Assembly (NCBI GenBank): GCA_013239625.1
Contig: MU053645.1
Coordinates: forward strand, 860,274-924,273
DNA length: 64,000 bases
DNA from: Lama guanicoe
Lineage: Eukaryota
Direction of reading: 5' to 3'
Shown here: positions 23,550 through 36,133 of the stretch, in pieces
Position numbering within the stretch: the stretch's first letter is position 1
Layout of the letters: each line of letters begins with the position of its first letter
The notes under the pieces: generated by a model
Told to the model about the DNA's origin: nothing
What the model saw: the letters and a program-made list of their open reading frames with translations, nothing else
Database searches by the model: none
Program-made: the position numbers and the translations under genes

Positions 23550-26500
23550 ATTAAGTTGTATGAGCTATTTGTATACTCGGGAAATTAAGCCCTTGTCAGT
23601 TGCATTGTTTGCAAATATTTTCTCCCAGTTCCTAGGTTGTCTTTTCATTTTGTTTATGGTTTCCTTTGCTGTTCAAAAGCCTGTAAGTTTGATTAGATAT
23701 ATTTGCTTTTTTCCCCCTTTATTTCTATTCTGTTGGGAGACTGACCCAGGAAAATAATGCTACAATTTATGTCTGAACATTTGCCTATGTTCTCTTCAGT
23801 CGATGGACATTTATCTTCTAGGAGATTTATGGTGTCCTGTCTAATGTTTAAATCTTTAAGTCACTTTGAGTTTATTTTTGTGTATGGTATAAGGGAGTGT
23901 TCTAACTTCACTGATTTACATGGGGCTGCCCAGCTTTCCCAGCACCACTTGCCAAAGAGACCGTCTTTTCCACATTGCTTCCTTTGTTGAAGATTAATTG
24001 ACAGAAGGTGTGTGAGTTTATTTGTGGGCCCTCTATTTTGTTGCATTGATCCAAATGTCTGTTTTTATGCCAATACCACAGTTTTGATTACTGTAGCTCT
24101 GTAGTATTGTCTGAAGTCTGGGAGGGTTATGCCTCCAGCTTTGTTCTTTTTTCTCAGGATTGTTCTGGCAATTCGGGGTCTTTTGTGGTTCCATATAAAT
24201 TTTATGATTTTTGGTTCTAGATCTGGGAAAAATGTCTTGGGTAATTTGATAGGGATCACATTAAATCTGTAGATTGCTTTGGGTAGTATGATCATTTTAA
24301 CAATATTAATTCTTCCAATCCAAGAGCATGGGATTCTATTTCTTTGAATAATCTTCAATTTACTTTTATGAATGTTTTACACTTCTCAGCATATAAGTCT
24401 TTCACCTCCTTGGTCAGGTTTATTCCTAAGCATTTTATTTACTTTGACATGACTTTAAAAGTGATTGTCTCTTTTACTTTCATTTTTCTGATATTTCATT
24501 GTTAGTGTAAAGAAATGCAACAGATTTTTGTATGTCAATCTTTTATCCTGCTACTTTTCTGAATTCATTTATGAGTTCCACTAGATTTTGCATGGAGTCC
24601 TTAGGGTCTTCTGTATATACTATCATGTCGTCTGCAATTTTACTTATTCCCTTTTAATGTGGATCCCTTTTATTTATTTTTCCTGTCTGATTTCTGCGGC
24701 TAGAACTTCTAATATGATGTTGAATAGAAGTGGTAAGAGTGGGAACCCTTGACTTGTTCCAGATTTTAGTTGGAAGGCTTTCAACTTTCACTGCTGAATA
24801 TTATGTTGGCTGCAGTTTTGTCATGAATAGCTTTTATTAGGTTGAGATATGTTCCCTTCATACCCACTTTGGAAGGGTTTTTATTATGAATGTAGGTTGA
24901 ATTTTGTTAATTCTTTTTTGCATCTAGTGAGATGATCATGTGGTTTCTGTCCTTTCTTTTGTTAATGTGATGTATCATATTGATTTGCATATGTTGAATC
25001 ATCCTTGTGTTCCTGGGATGAATCCAACTTGATGGTAGTATGGCCTTTTTTATGTGTTCTTGGAATTAGCTTGCTAACATTTTGTTGAGAATCTTTTTAT
25101 CTATATTCATCAAAGATATTGGACTGTAATTTTCTCTTTTGGTAGTGTCTTTCTCTGGTTTTGGTATCAGGGTGATGGTGGCTTTAAAGAATAACTTTGG
25201 AAGTGTTTCTTCCTCTTCATTGGAAGAATTTGAGAAGGACTGGTATAAATTCTTCTTTGTATGTTTGACAGACTTCTCCAGTGAAGCCCCCTGGTCCCGG
25301 ACTTTTGTTTGCAGGGAGCTTTTTTAAAAAATTATTTACATATTCTATCCCACTTCTAGTGATTGGTCTGTTGAAATTATCTATTCCTTCTTGATTCAAT
25401 TTTGGTGTACTGTATGTTTGTAGAAACTTGTCCATTTCTTCTAAGTTGCCCAATTTGTTGGCATATATGTGCATTGTATTCTCTTATGGTTCTTGGTAAA
25501 TCTGCTGTATTTGTTGTAATTTCTCCTCTGTCATTTCACATTTTGTTTAATTTAGGTCATCTCTCTTGTCTTCTTGGTGAACCTGGCCAGAGGTTTGTCA
25601 ATTTTGTTTACTCTTTCAAAAAACAGCTCTTGGTTTTATTGATTTTTTCCTATTGTTTTTTAATATGTTTCATTTCTTTCTTTCTGATGTTTATTATTTT
25701 TTTCCTTCTGCTGACTTTAGGTTGTGTTTGTTCTTCTTTTCCAAATTCTTTTAGGTGGTAGGTTAGGTTGTTTATTTGAGATTTTTCTTGTTTTTTGAAG
25801 AAGGCCTGTATTGCTATAAAATTCCATCCTAGGACTGCTTTTGCTGCACCCCATAGATTGTGTGTGGTTGCATTTTCATTGTCATTCACCTCAAGATATT
25901 TTTAAATTTCTTCTTCTATTTCATTGTTGATTTATTGATTTATTATAGCATGTTGTTTAGTCTACATGCAATCATTTTTCCTCAGTTCTCTTTCTGTGGT
26001 TGATTTCTAGTTTCATACTACTGTGGTCAGAAAAGATGACCGAAATAATTTCTATCCTCTTAAATTTCTTGGGAGTTGTTTTGTGTCCTAGTACATGATC
26101 TATCCTAGAGAATGGTCCATGTGAGCTTGAAAAGAATGTATATTTTGGGGTTTTATTTTTTTTTTTTTGGATGGAATGTCCTGAAAGTATCAATTAAGTC
26201 TAACTGTTCTATTGTGTCATTTAGGATCTCTGTTGCCTAACTGCCTTTCTGTCTGGAAGATCAGTCCAATGATGTTAGTGTGGTGTTAAAGTGTCCAACT
26301 ATTTTTCTGTTCCCACCAATTTCTTCCTTTATGTCTGTTGGTATCTGTTTTATGCATTTAGGTCCTCCTATATTGGCTGCATATGTTAATAGTATAATTT
26401 CCTGTTCTTACATTAAAACTTTATCATTATATACTGTTATCTTTCTTTATGGCCTTTGTTTTAAAGTCTGTTTTGTCTGATAAGAGTATTGCTACCCTTG

Positions 26501-26709
26501 CTAGCTTGTCATTTCCATTTGCATGAAATATCTTTTTCCATCCCCTCACTTTCATTCTATGTGTGTCCTTCACTAAAGTGGGTCTCTTGTAGGCAGCATA
26601 ATGTAGGCTCTTGTTTTATTATCCAATCTGCCACTCTGTGTCTTTTGATGAGAGCATTTAGTCCACTGACATTTAAGGTAATTATTGATAGATATGTGTT
26701 TATTGCCAT
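22850..26709 (-). pseudogene. L1 ORF2 (endonuclease/reverse transcriptase), near full length but with many stops and frameshifts
   Basis: Endonuclease: MAINTYLSIITLNVSGLNALIKR...LCCLQETH and FSRIDHVLGHK...FSDH. Linker: [15 protein letters not shown]...[18 protein letters not shown] at 24621-24635. Downstream: [14 protein letters not shown] and [10 protein letters not shown]. 3' end approximate. Confidence 0.95.
23512..23549. repeat. (GTT)n microsatellite inside L1 ORF2
   Basis: About 12 GTT units; explains the poly-V/poly-L ORF-track artefacts. Confidence 0.97.
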
Positions 26710-27114
26710 TTTAAACCTTGTTTTCCAGTTGCTTTTGTATTTCTTCTTCATTCCTTTCTTTTTCCTTTTTGTTTTTCCTTTTATGGTTTGATGATTTTCC
26801 TTTGTATTATGCTTGAGTTCTCCTCTTTTTGGTTTCTCTGAATCTACTGTACATTTTTGAATTGTGGTTTCCCTGTTTTTCAAGTATGTTAACCTATTAC
26901 TATATCTGCTTGCTTAGGCTGATAGTCAGATAGGTTCAAACGCATCTAAAAAAAAAAAAAGAAAACATAGCTACACTTTCTTAGTCCCCTCCTCCACATG
27001 TTATGATTTGATGTCCTCTTTTACACTTTCATGTTTATTCCTTTGTGGTTCACTGTACTTCTCATCACATTTCCAGTTGTATTTTCCCCTTTTCTATGGA
27101 TTCTTCTTTTTTAT

Positions 27115-27769
27115 TTAGAGAAGGTCTTTCAATAGTTCTTTTAGGATAGGTTTAGTTTGCTGTATTTTTTTTTTGTTTTTTCTTGTCTGAGAAGTTCTTT
27201 ATCTCTCCTCCTATTCTAAATGATAAACTTCTGGGTAGAGTATTCTAGGCTGCAGTTTTTTCTCATTCAGAAGTGTGAATATATCTGACCACTCCCTTCT
27301 GGCCTGCAACATTTTGGTTGAGAAATCAGCAGGGAGCCTCATGGGCATTCGCTCGCAACTGTCTTTCTCTTCCTGCCTGTAGTATTCTCTCTTTACCTTT
27401 AAATTTTGGCATTTTACTTACAATATGTCTTGGTGTATGTCTGTTTGGGTTCATGTCTTTTGCGACCCTCTGTGCTTCCTGTACCTGAATATTTGTTTCC
27501 TTCTTTACGTTTGGGAAGTTTTCAGCTATAATTTCTTCAAAAACATTTTCTATCCCCTTTTCTTTCTCCCTCTGGGACCCCTATTATGTGTAGATTGGCA
27601 CACTTTATATTATTCCATATGTCTCTTATATTTCTGTCATTTTTTCATTTGTCTTTCTGTCTGCTGCTCTGATTGGGTGATTTTCATTATTTTATCTTCC
27701 AGATCATTTATTTGCTATTCTATATTATTTAGTTTGCTATTTATTGCCTTTGGCTCACCCTTTGTTTTG
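27115..27769 (-). pseudogene. L1 ORF1 3' portion (degenerate)
   Basis: Minus strand ends ...TKPILKELLKDLL* at 27115. Upstream motifs gctgatttctcaacc (ADFS), aatactctacccag (ILYP) and atagctgaaaacttcccaaac (IAENFPN). Confidence 0.85.
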
Positions 27770-28179
27770 CAAAATAGATGGTTCTTGATCATTATTACCA
27801 TTAAGTCTTCAGGCCATGTTCAATGAGGACTAGTCTAACCAAGTAAGATAAGCATCAGGGAAGCTGAGATTGGGACTGGGTAATGAGTTGCATAACACTA
27901 TTAAAGACTTTCTTTGGTTGGGACATGTTATCTGATATTCTAGACCCCAAACTGGGTTCACCCAGATGTCTCACTGCATCCCTGAGAGGGAATCCATTTA
28001 TCCATTATTTACTTTTGTCTTTAGACTTTATGATGTACAGAAGGCCATAGAAAGCTTTCAAGATGTTTCCTGACTTTAGTTTGAATACTAGTAATCTTAA
28101 AGTTGCGGGAAAATCCAGTTAAATGAAATATTTTCTTGTAGCACTTAAAAATTATAATTAATGAATTATGTGTGTGTTA

Positions 28180-28325
28180 TAAAATCTCTGTTTAATGCTT
28201 GTCTCCCTTTTTTGACTATAAGTTCTCTCAGGGGGTCATGACATTCTTGTATATGGCTGCACCCCAGTGCATCATACAATGCCTGACATAAAGTATTTGC
28301 TCACTAAATCTTTGCTTAATAAATA
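28180..28325 (+). mobile_element. LINE-2 3' end fragment
   Basis: cttgtctccctttttgactataagttctctcaggg...ccccagtgcatcatacaatgcctgacataaagtatttgctcactaaatctttgcttaataaat. Confidence 0.75.
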
Positions 28326-30229
28326 TACACAAATTGAGAGCAATGTACAGAGAACACAGCTGGCTTCATCATGGTCTTGACTACAGATGTGAAGAGAGAA
28401 TTTTCTCCCACATTACCTTGCCTGATATCAGTGCTGTCTTAGAAATAACTTTTTCCAAAGTACACCTTTGCCATGTTACATTTACCCCGTAGTTTTCTGT
28501 CATAACATGATTTGTTGGCAGTCATTCATTCCAGTCACATCAAAAGAACATAGAACAAACCGTAATTGAAAATGGACAACTTTCCAAATCAAACACGACT
28601 CTGACCCAAATTAGGAGGGGAAGAAACAGTAATTCATTCTGGCACCTTAATTAATTATCACACAGATTACTTATTGATTTTCTTGTATTCAGTCTGATGC
28701 TTTATGGAGCACATTCCTTTCAAACAAGGTGTGGACAGCATAAAGAAGGCCCGCAAATCAAAATATATCTAAATATTTGGAAACACAAGATCAGAGATTT
28801 TCCTAGGAGTCGTTTCAAATTGTACCCAGGCAGATAGCCTGTACTTGAAAATATATTTCCTTTACTTAGGTGACTAAATTTCTGTGATTCTGAGGCAAGA
28901 CCAAAAGCATTTCAAAGTGAAAGCTGCCCCATGGTAATTCTTCCTGGTAGGTGACAGGTAGCAGGATCAAATGTGGAATCCAGCCAAAAATTATGGGTAC
29001 AACAAGAGAGGTCAGAAAGCAGGGGCTGTTGAAGAAAAGTAGGCAGATCTAGTTATGAAAATCCTGTCAAGAAAATAAAGATGGAAGAATTAAAAAGCCA
29101 TGTTTTATTAAGGAAAGAGGGAGTAGAAAAGAGACAAAAAGAAACTAAAAATAAAGATTAAGGGCAGGGGGCAGAGGGAGGAAGTTGAAGGGGCCAGTAA
29201 CAGATAAAAATCCTATAAGAGGTATATGGATGCATCATACAATAAAGAGGGAGATAATGTTAAAATTCAGAATTGTCCAGCCTTAAAAAGGTCATTTAGC
29301 CTCTCAGGGATCTCAGTGAAGTGGTAGACACTTCTACCACATGCTCTCACAGAAAGTATTTTTAACTTTTCTTCTTTCTGGAGTGAACTTTGTGTCCCAT
29401 TCATAGATTAAGTAAGAGGAACAAATGAAAATACAAGAACTCCTTTCCCCTGTATAATGGATACATTTCCTAGCTCTATTCCCCACAGTTCCAGGCATAA
29501 AGTCACATATCTCAAAGATAACCCAGACCAAGAGATTCCGTAGAAGCCTCACCAATATTCAAATCTTGTACTGGAAACTTTGCTTATATTGCTTATATTT
29601 CTAACAAGGCAGTTTGTACAAGGGGGCAGGGGAAAGTAGTCTGAGTTAGCAAAAAGGAAGGAGAGAGGAGAAAAGATCACTGACAATTCAGAGGACCATA
29701 AAACAGGATATTTTCAAATTATAGGTAATTTCACAGCATATGCATGTGAAACTTTCAAATTGTAGTAGTATGTGCAAGTGAATACATAGGCTTTTATGTT
29801 ATCTTAAGCAGGGGAATTTTATAAAGTGGAAGTAAACAGATAAACAATTCCAACTGAAATCGAATGTTGCTTAACATTGAGGCTGAGGTTTCATCTCAGG
29901 TGACCCTGCAGACGTGCAACCACTGTAGTCTGCTCCTTACTGCTCCTTCTGGAAATAAGACATCCTTGCCTATTTCTATCATCAAGGAAGAAAGAAAGGT
30001 CCAAAAGACTGTATCAGTCTGACCTTGGCCAATATTCTGAGGGGACCCTTGCACCTTTAAGCTACTGCAACTTATGAATGACTGGCTGGATAGCTTAAAG
30101 CATCACAGAGACACTTGACAAGAGGTGGGTAAGATGACAGATTTCTGTATTGTTTGTGTACATATATATTTTTCTGACTTAGAAGCAAAATTTAATTTTC
30201 TTCTCCAATAGCTTTTAGGATTAAAAGCT

Positions 30230-31620
30230 AATTTTTATTGATATATAATTCACAAACTATAAAATACACCACTTTAAAATGTAAAATTCAGCAGTTTTAG
30301 TATATTCATTAGGTTGTGTAACTTTCACCATTATTTAATTCCAAAACATTTTTATCACCGCAAAAAGAAACTCCACACCTGTTAAGCAGTCACTCTTTAT
30401 TCTGCCCCTACCTCGCAACCCATGGCAACCACTAATCTACTTTCTCTGTGGATTTGATTATTCTGAACATTTCATTTAAAATGGATCATGTAATAATGTG
30501 GCTTTTTGTGCCTTACATCTTTCACTTAGTATTATGTTTTCAAGGTTCAGCCACAGGCTGTAGCATGTGTCAGTACTTCATTCTTTTTTATAACTGAGTA
30601 ATACTCCATTTGTGAATATAACACATTTTTTCCCATTCATCAGTTGATGGACATTTGGGTTGCTTTCAATTTTTGACTGCTATAAATAATGCTGCTATAA
30701 ATATTTAGATACAAGTGTTTGCATGGATATACATTTTCATTACTCTTGAATATGTATCGAGGAGTGTAATCACTGGGTCATAGGGTAACACTAGGTTTAG
30801 CTTTTTGAGGAATTGCCAAGATATTTTCCATAATGGCTGTACCATTTTACCTCTTATCAACAGTGCATTAGGTTTCCAGTTTCTACATATTCTCATCAGC
30901 ATTCATTTTTTTCTTTTTTCTTGATGAATTATAGCTATTCTAAGTGATGTGAAATGGTATCTCACAGTGGTTTTGATTTTCATTTTCCTAATGACTCATA
31001 ATATTGATCATATTTTCATATGCTTATCAGCCACTAGTGTATTTTCTTTGAAGAAATGTCTATTCAAATCCTTTACCCTTTAAAAATTGGGTTATCTTTT
31101 CTTGTTGATTTCTAAGAGTTCTTAATATATTCTATATATATGATTTGTGAATTTCTTCTGCCATTATATGGACTGATTTCATTGTATCCTTTATCCCCAA
31201 AAGTTGTGCATTTTGATAAAGACTAATTTATCTAGTTTTTCTTTGATGTTTGTGCTTTAGGTGTCATATCTAAAATCTACTGCGTACTCCAAGGTCACAA
31301 AGATTTACACCTGTGTTTTCTTCTAAGATTTTTATAATTTTAATCAAGCTATATATATGAAATCCATTTTTGAGTTTAAGTTTTGTATACAGTGTTAAAT
31401 AGGTGTCCAAATTCATTCTTTCACATGTGGATATCCAGTTTTTCCAGCACCATTTATTGAAAACACTATTTATTCCCCATTGAGCGGTTTTGGCACCCTT
31501 ATCAAAAATCAATTGACCATAGATATCTGTTGTTTCTCCTGGACTCTCAAATCTATTCCACTAATCTTTATGTATATTTTTATCCCAGTACCATGTAGTC
31601 TTGATTTTTGTACCTTTGTA
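30230..31620 (-). mobile_element. Old L1 (L1MB-like) 3'UTR plus ORF2 C-terminal part
   Basis: ORF track: IFDKGAKTAQWGINSVFNKWCWKNW and VQPLWKISWQFLKKLNLVLPYDP; 3'UTR catggcaaccactaatctactttct. Confidence 0.93.
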
Positions 31621-32647
31621 ATAGAATAAAGAGAGAAAACATATATAATCATCTAACAGATGCACAAAAAAACATTTGACAAAACCCAACATCCTTTAAT
31701 GATAAAAAAAAAACTCTCAATAACCTAAGAATACAAAGAATTTTCCTCAATCTGATAAAGGTAATCTATGAAAAAGAAAGAGCTAGAAGAATATTTAGTG
31801 GTGAAATACTGAAAGATTTTCCCTGAAAGTCAAGAACAAGAATGCCTACTCCTTCTACTTCTATTCAACATTGTGCTGGAGGTACAGGGTAATAGCAGGG
31901 CAATTAGGAAAGAAACTGAAATAAAATAAGTCAGAATGGAAAAGAAATAAAACTATTTTCATATGACATGCTCTTCTATACAGAAAATCCTCAGGACTCC
32001 ACTAAAAATCGATTAGAGATAATAAATGTGTTCATGAATGTTTCAAGGTACAAGATCAATATATAAAACAATACAATACTATGCAATAGCAATGAATATT
32101 CTCAAAATAAAATTATGAAAAAATCCCACTAATAACAGCATGAAAAAGAATAAAATTCTTAGGAACAAATTTAGCCAAGGAAGTGTAAGAATTTTATACT
32201 TACTGAAATAAAATACCACTTAAAGAAATTTAAAAAGATGAAATAAATGGAAACACATACTGTATTCATGGACTGGAAGACTTAATGTTGTTAAGATAAC
32301 AATACTCCCCAAGGTGATATACAGATTGAATGCATTCCCTATCAAAATTCCAACTCCCTTTTTTTTCAGAAATGGACAGATTAATTTAAACAATTCTTAT
32401 GGAATTACAAGGCACTCTGAATAATGAAAATAATTTAGTAAAAAAAGAAAAAAGTTGGAGGAATCACCCTTTCTGATTTCAAAACTTATTACAAAGCTAT
32501 AATAATCAAAACAGTTTGATACTGGCATAAGGATAGACATATAGATTGACAAAACAGAACTGAGACTCCAGGGGGAAAAAAAGCCCACACATGTATGGTT
32601 AACTAGGGTGCCAACATCATTCAGTGGGGAAAAACAATCTTTTCAAT
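31621..32647 (+). mobile_element. Inverted L1 ORF2 (RT region) segment, probably the 5' inversion of the 30230-31620 element
   Basis: Plus-strand ORF2 motifs: gatgcacaaaaaaacatttgacaaaacccaacatcc (DAEKAFDKIQHP-like), ctacttctattcaacattgtgctggag (LLFNIVLE), tgtattcatggactggaagacttaat (SWIGRIN-like). Confidence 0.92.
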
Positions 32648-32839
32648 GTATGTATATATATTTTATACATATACACATTGTGCATATGAGCATGTGTGTG
32701 ACAAGTGGTTTGTATAATAATATCTTATTGGATCTATGTGTTTATCTGTTAAAGAAGACACTCATTCTTTAGTCTAGAGAATCACTGAGAAGCAAAAAAA
32801 AGGATCTATTGTGATAGATAGGTCCTTTACAAAACTTTA

Positions 32840-33010
32840 AAGGTATGTGCTATTACCCCTATTTTACATAAGAACAGTGAGTCTTAGAAGTCTACAGGCA
32901 TTTTCCATTTCATATAGGGAAATGTGTAGGCCACAGAACCTCAAAGTGGCATATCCTGGATTCAAATTTGTATATATGACCCCCATACTGGAAGATGTTT
33001 CCACTGTACC
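32840..33010 (-). mobile_element. MIR fragment
   Basis: aggtatgtgctattacccctattttacataagaacagtgagtcttagaag. Confidence 0.6.
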
Positions 33011-34083
33011 AAGCACGATAACAAAACTTTGTTAATGTTTTTGTCACACCTGAAGGAATGGCTCAGCACATACTCCAGTCATCAGCCTTTTATGTACTAT
33101 TGCTTCTCCTCCTCCATCAGAAAGATATAACAAAAAATTAGGCTCTGTCAAACTCCCTACTTTCATTTTGTTAAATTCTCCCTAAGCTTGCTCTGGTTAG
33201 TTAAGCTTTGGATGTGCTCTTTCATGTGATGTGGACCTTTGGATTCTTTCTCCCCACTTCTGAACAGGTGCAGATTACTTCAGAGCTTCACAGTGTCCCT
33301 CTTGCCTTCCTTCCCTGTTTCCGTCTCCTTTCAATACTTGCCATTTTCCATCTCCTTCTCCAGCCCTTAGCATTGCATAGGTGAATGTTATGGCTGGCTA
33401 TGCTGTGATTTGAGGAGATCCAGAAAGATAATATAGCTTCACACTCCGTGTGAAATCTCAACCAATGATATTAATTTCTTTGCCTTCATGATTGTTCTAT
33501 GTTCAAAAGACTCATATTTTTTAAAATGGGTCTGAGAATAATTTTCAACTTTTATTTAAAACTTGAAATGAAATTTCTTGAGTAAATCATGAAGAATAGT
33601 GCCTACTGTCAGTAGAAGTATGTATGTGTGTGTATGTATGTACATGCATGCATGCGACTGTGTTTATGAGTCCTAGTGCACAAAAGAGGAGGTTAGTGGA
33701 ACAAGAGCATACCCTAGACAAACTATCTATCCACCTCTGTCCACTTTACAGTTTTCCCAGTGTGGACCTATGTTAGGGTTGAAGACATAAAAAGTGTTCA
33801 AGTTGGAGCTGTGGGAAGGAAAAGGTAGATGGGGCAGAAGTACCATTTCTGACTTTTTTTTTAACCTCCAGTCAAGCCCTTCTTTGATCTATAAATACAA
33901 GCACACATCATTTTATAGCACGTTAAAATGGCTTCATTTGTCAAGCATACAGGGAAAACAAAGGAAAATAGAACTATGGGCACTGGAGGGAGGTTGACTA
34001 GGGTCCACATATGTATAAACTCCACATATAGAGTCATAAACTCTGCAAACTTGGGCAAGTTGATTGACATCTCTGCACTTCTA

Positions 34084-34665
34084 TATAGTAAAGAATCTAA
34101 ACTTGTTCAACAAAGAGGTGTGGACTTTTCCTTCAGCTCCTGGAAGATAGTCTTTCTTTGCCTGGGCCTTTGGTTTACCCAGACAATAACAATGTGATTC
34201 CGAGTAGGGGCTCTGAGTCACATGTTATCAGTTGACTAGGAAACGAAATGAATCATGTGGGCAATCAGTCACGTCTATGTAATAGCGTCTCAGTGAAAAC
34301 TCTGATCACTGAGGCTGAGCTTTCCTTATTGGCAATGCTCCATACATATTGTCACACATCAATGCCAGGAGAGTAATGTGTCCTTTGTGACTCCACGGGG
34401 AGAGGATAATGGAAGCTCCACATTTGGTATTTATCCTGGATCCTGCGTTATGTGCTTCTCTTCTTGGCTGATTTTAATTTGTGTCTTTGCCCTGTAGTAA
34501 ACCCTAACTGTGAATATACTAGCTTTCAGTAAGTTTTGGGGGTCTTTCCAGTAAATTCCATGAGGGTGGTTTTAGGAACCATCCAAACTTGTAGCTGGTA
34601 TTGCAAGTGAGGGTGGTCTTGAGGACTGTGCCCTCTAACTTTGTAGTTGAATATAACTCTTTGCA
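34084..34665 (+). mobile_element. MER21-like solo LTR inserted into a MIR (MIR halves ~33990-34080 and ~34666-34790)
   Basis: Starts tatagtaaagaatctaaacttg and ends ...ttgCA. Internal gtcacacatc...gtgactccacggggagaggataatggaagct and ttggctgattttaat...agtaaaccctaactgtga match recalled MER21 consensus. The MIR core resumes as cttagtttcctcatttctaaaatggagat. Confidence 0.8.
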
Positions 34666-34796
34666 ATCTTAGTTTCCTCATTTCTAAAATGGAGATAAAA
34701 ACTACCTACCCCAATTTAAAGAATAATTATAAGGATAAAACAAAATAAAACATTGACAGGGCCTATAACTCAGTATGTCCCTCAATAAAAGGCAGG

Positions 34797-35540
34797 TTTT
34801 TAAAAAATAATTTTATTTTTTATTGAAGTGTAGTTGATTTACAACATTAGTTTCAGGTGTACAGAAAAATGATTCAGTTATACATGTGCATGTGTGTGTG
34901 TGTGTACACACACATATATATTTTCAGATTATTTTCCATTATAGCTTATTACAAGAAACTGAATATAGTTTCCTGTGTTATGCAATAGGTCCTTGTTGTT
35001 TATCTATTTTATATATAGTAGTGTGTATCACTTAATCCCAAACTCCTAATTTATCCCTTCCCCACCTTACCCCTCTGGTAACCATAGTTTGTTGTCTATG
35101 TCCATGAGTCTATTTCTGGTTTGTAAATAAAATTTTTACCTTCTTTTTGATTCCACATGTAAGTGATATATGATATTTGTCTTTCTCTGTCTGATTTACT
35201 TCACTTAATATAATAATATGTAGGTCCATCTATGTTGCTGCAAATGGAATTCATTCTTTTTATGGCTGAGTAATATTCCATTTTGTAAATATGTATACCA
35301 CATCTTCTTTATCCATTTATCTATTGATGGACATTTAGGCTGCTTCCAAGTCTTGGCTATTGTAAATAGTGCTGCTATGAACACTAGGGTCCATGGGTCT
35401 TTTTGAATTAAGAGTTTACTCAGGATGTATGCCCACGAGTGGGATTGCTGGATCATATGGTAAGTTTATTTTTAGTTTTTAAGGAACTTCTATACTGTCC
35501 TCTATAGTGGTTGCACCAATTTACATTCCCATCAACAAGT
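34797..35540 (-). mobile_element. L1 3' end (~740 bp)
   Basis: tttttattgaagtgtagttgatttacaa terminus; ORF track FIAALFTIAKTWKQPKCPSIDKWIKKMWY. Confidence 0.95.
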
Positions 35541-35734
35541 GGAAAGTTCAAAAGCCAGGCATTCTTATCAAGCACATATCATAATCACCACCATCAAGTC
35601 TTTTTGTGTGGCTTATGAAATATCAAAGTTGTCTCTTTCATACATAGTCTCAGTTCTTCACAATAATTCTTGGAAGTAATTAATATTTCCATTATTGATG
35701 AGAAAATGGAGGGCTAGTGCAAACACGTGAACTG

Positions 35735-35860
35735 TTAATTCATTTATTCATTAGGGAAGTGTTGAGTGCCTACTCCAGGTGAGGCATTGTGCTAAATATT
35801 GGAGATGCGATGGGGATCAAAGAAGACATGAGACTAGCACTCATTGGGTTTACACCCTAG
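35735..35860 (-). mobile_element. LINE-2 3' end fragment
   Basis: attcatttattca...gttgagtgcctactccaggtgaggcattgtgctaaatattggagat. Confidence 0.7.
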
Positions 35861-36020
35861 TAATACAGGGAATAATATAGAATTAAAATCTTGATAAATA
35901 TTGTGAAAAAACTGAAGAGGATATGATTAAATATAATAAGTGACACTGGTAGGACTTGAGCCCAGATTTGCAAAGAACAGTGTTGTTTACACTGTACTAT
36001 ATGGCCTATGATAAGTCTAG

Positions 36021-36133
36021 TAGAGTAACCAACCATCCTGGCTTCCTTTGGACTTAGGGATATCTCCTGACTTAGGATTTTCAGTGCTAAACCTGGAACA
36101 ATCCTCGGCGAACTAGAATGGTTTGTCACCCTA
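36021..36133. mobile_element. MER81-like hAT MITE (113 bp)
   Basis: TIRs tagagtaaccaaccatcctg / ctagaatggtttgtcacccta; internal ggattttcagtgctaaacctggaaca; degenerate 8-bp TSD aagtctag / agctctag. Confidence 0.8.

Larger units (their letters stand above)
22472..27769 (-). mobile_element. LINE-1, ~5.3 kb, 5'-truncated within ORF1, inactive
   Basis: Contains poly(T) tail, 3'UTR, collinear ORF2 fragments, inter-ORF spacer and the ORF1 3' part. Degenerate TSD caaaacaatcgttct (22457-22471) / caaaatagatggttct (27770-27785). Confidence 0.97.

Noticed and set aside
23403..23757. Poly-Val / poly-Leu 'signal-peptide-like' ORFs
   Set aside because: These are translations of a (GTT)n microsatellite on the antisense strand of L1.
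25402..27826. Hydrophobic Phe/Leu-rich plus-strand ORFs resembling membrane proteins
   Set aside because: They are T-rich antisense frames of L1.
33060..33090. Minus-strand GGC-TGATGA...CTGA-GCC resembling a C/D box pair
   Set aside because: Only 12 nt separate the boxes and the C-box spacing is wrong; far too small for a snoRNA.
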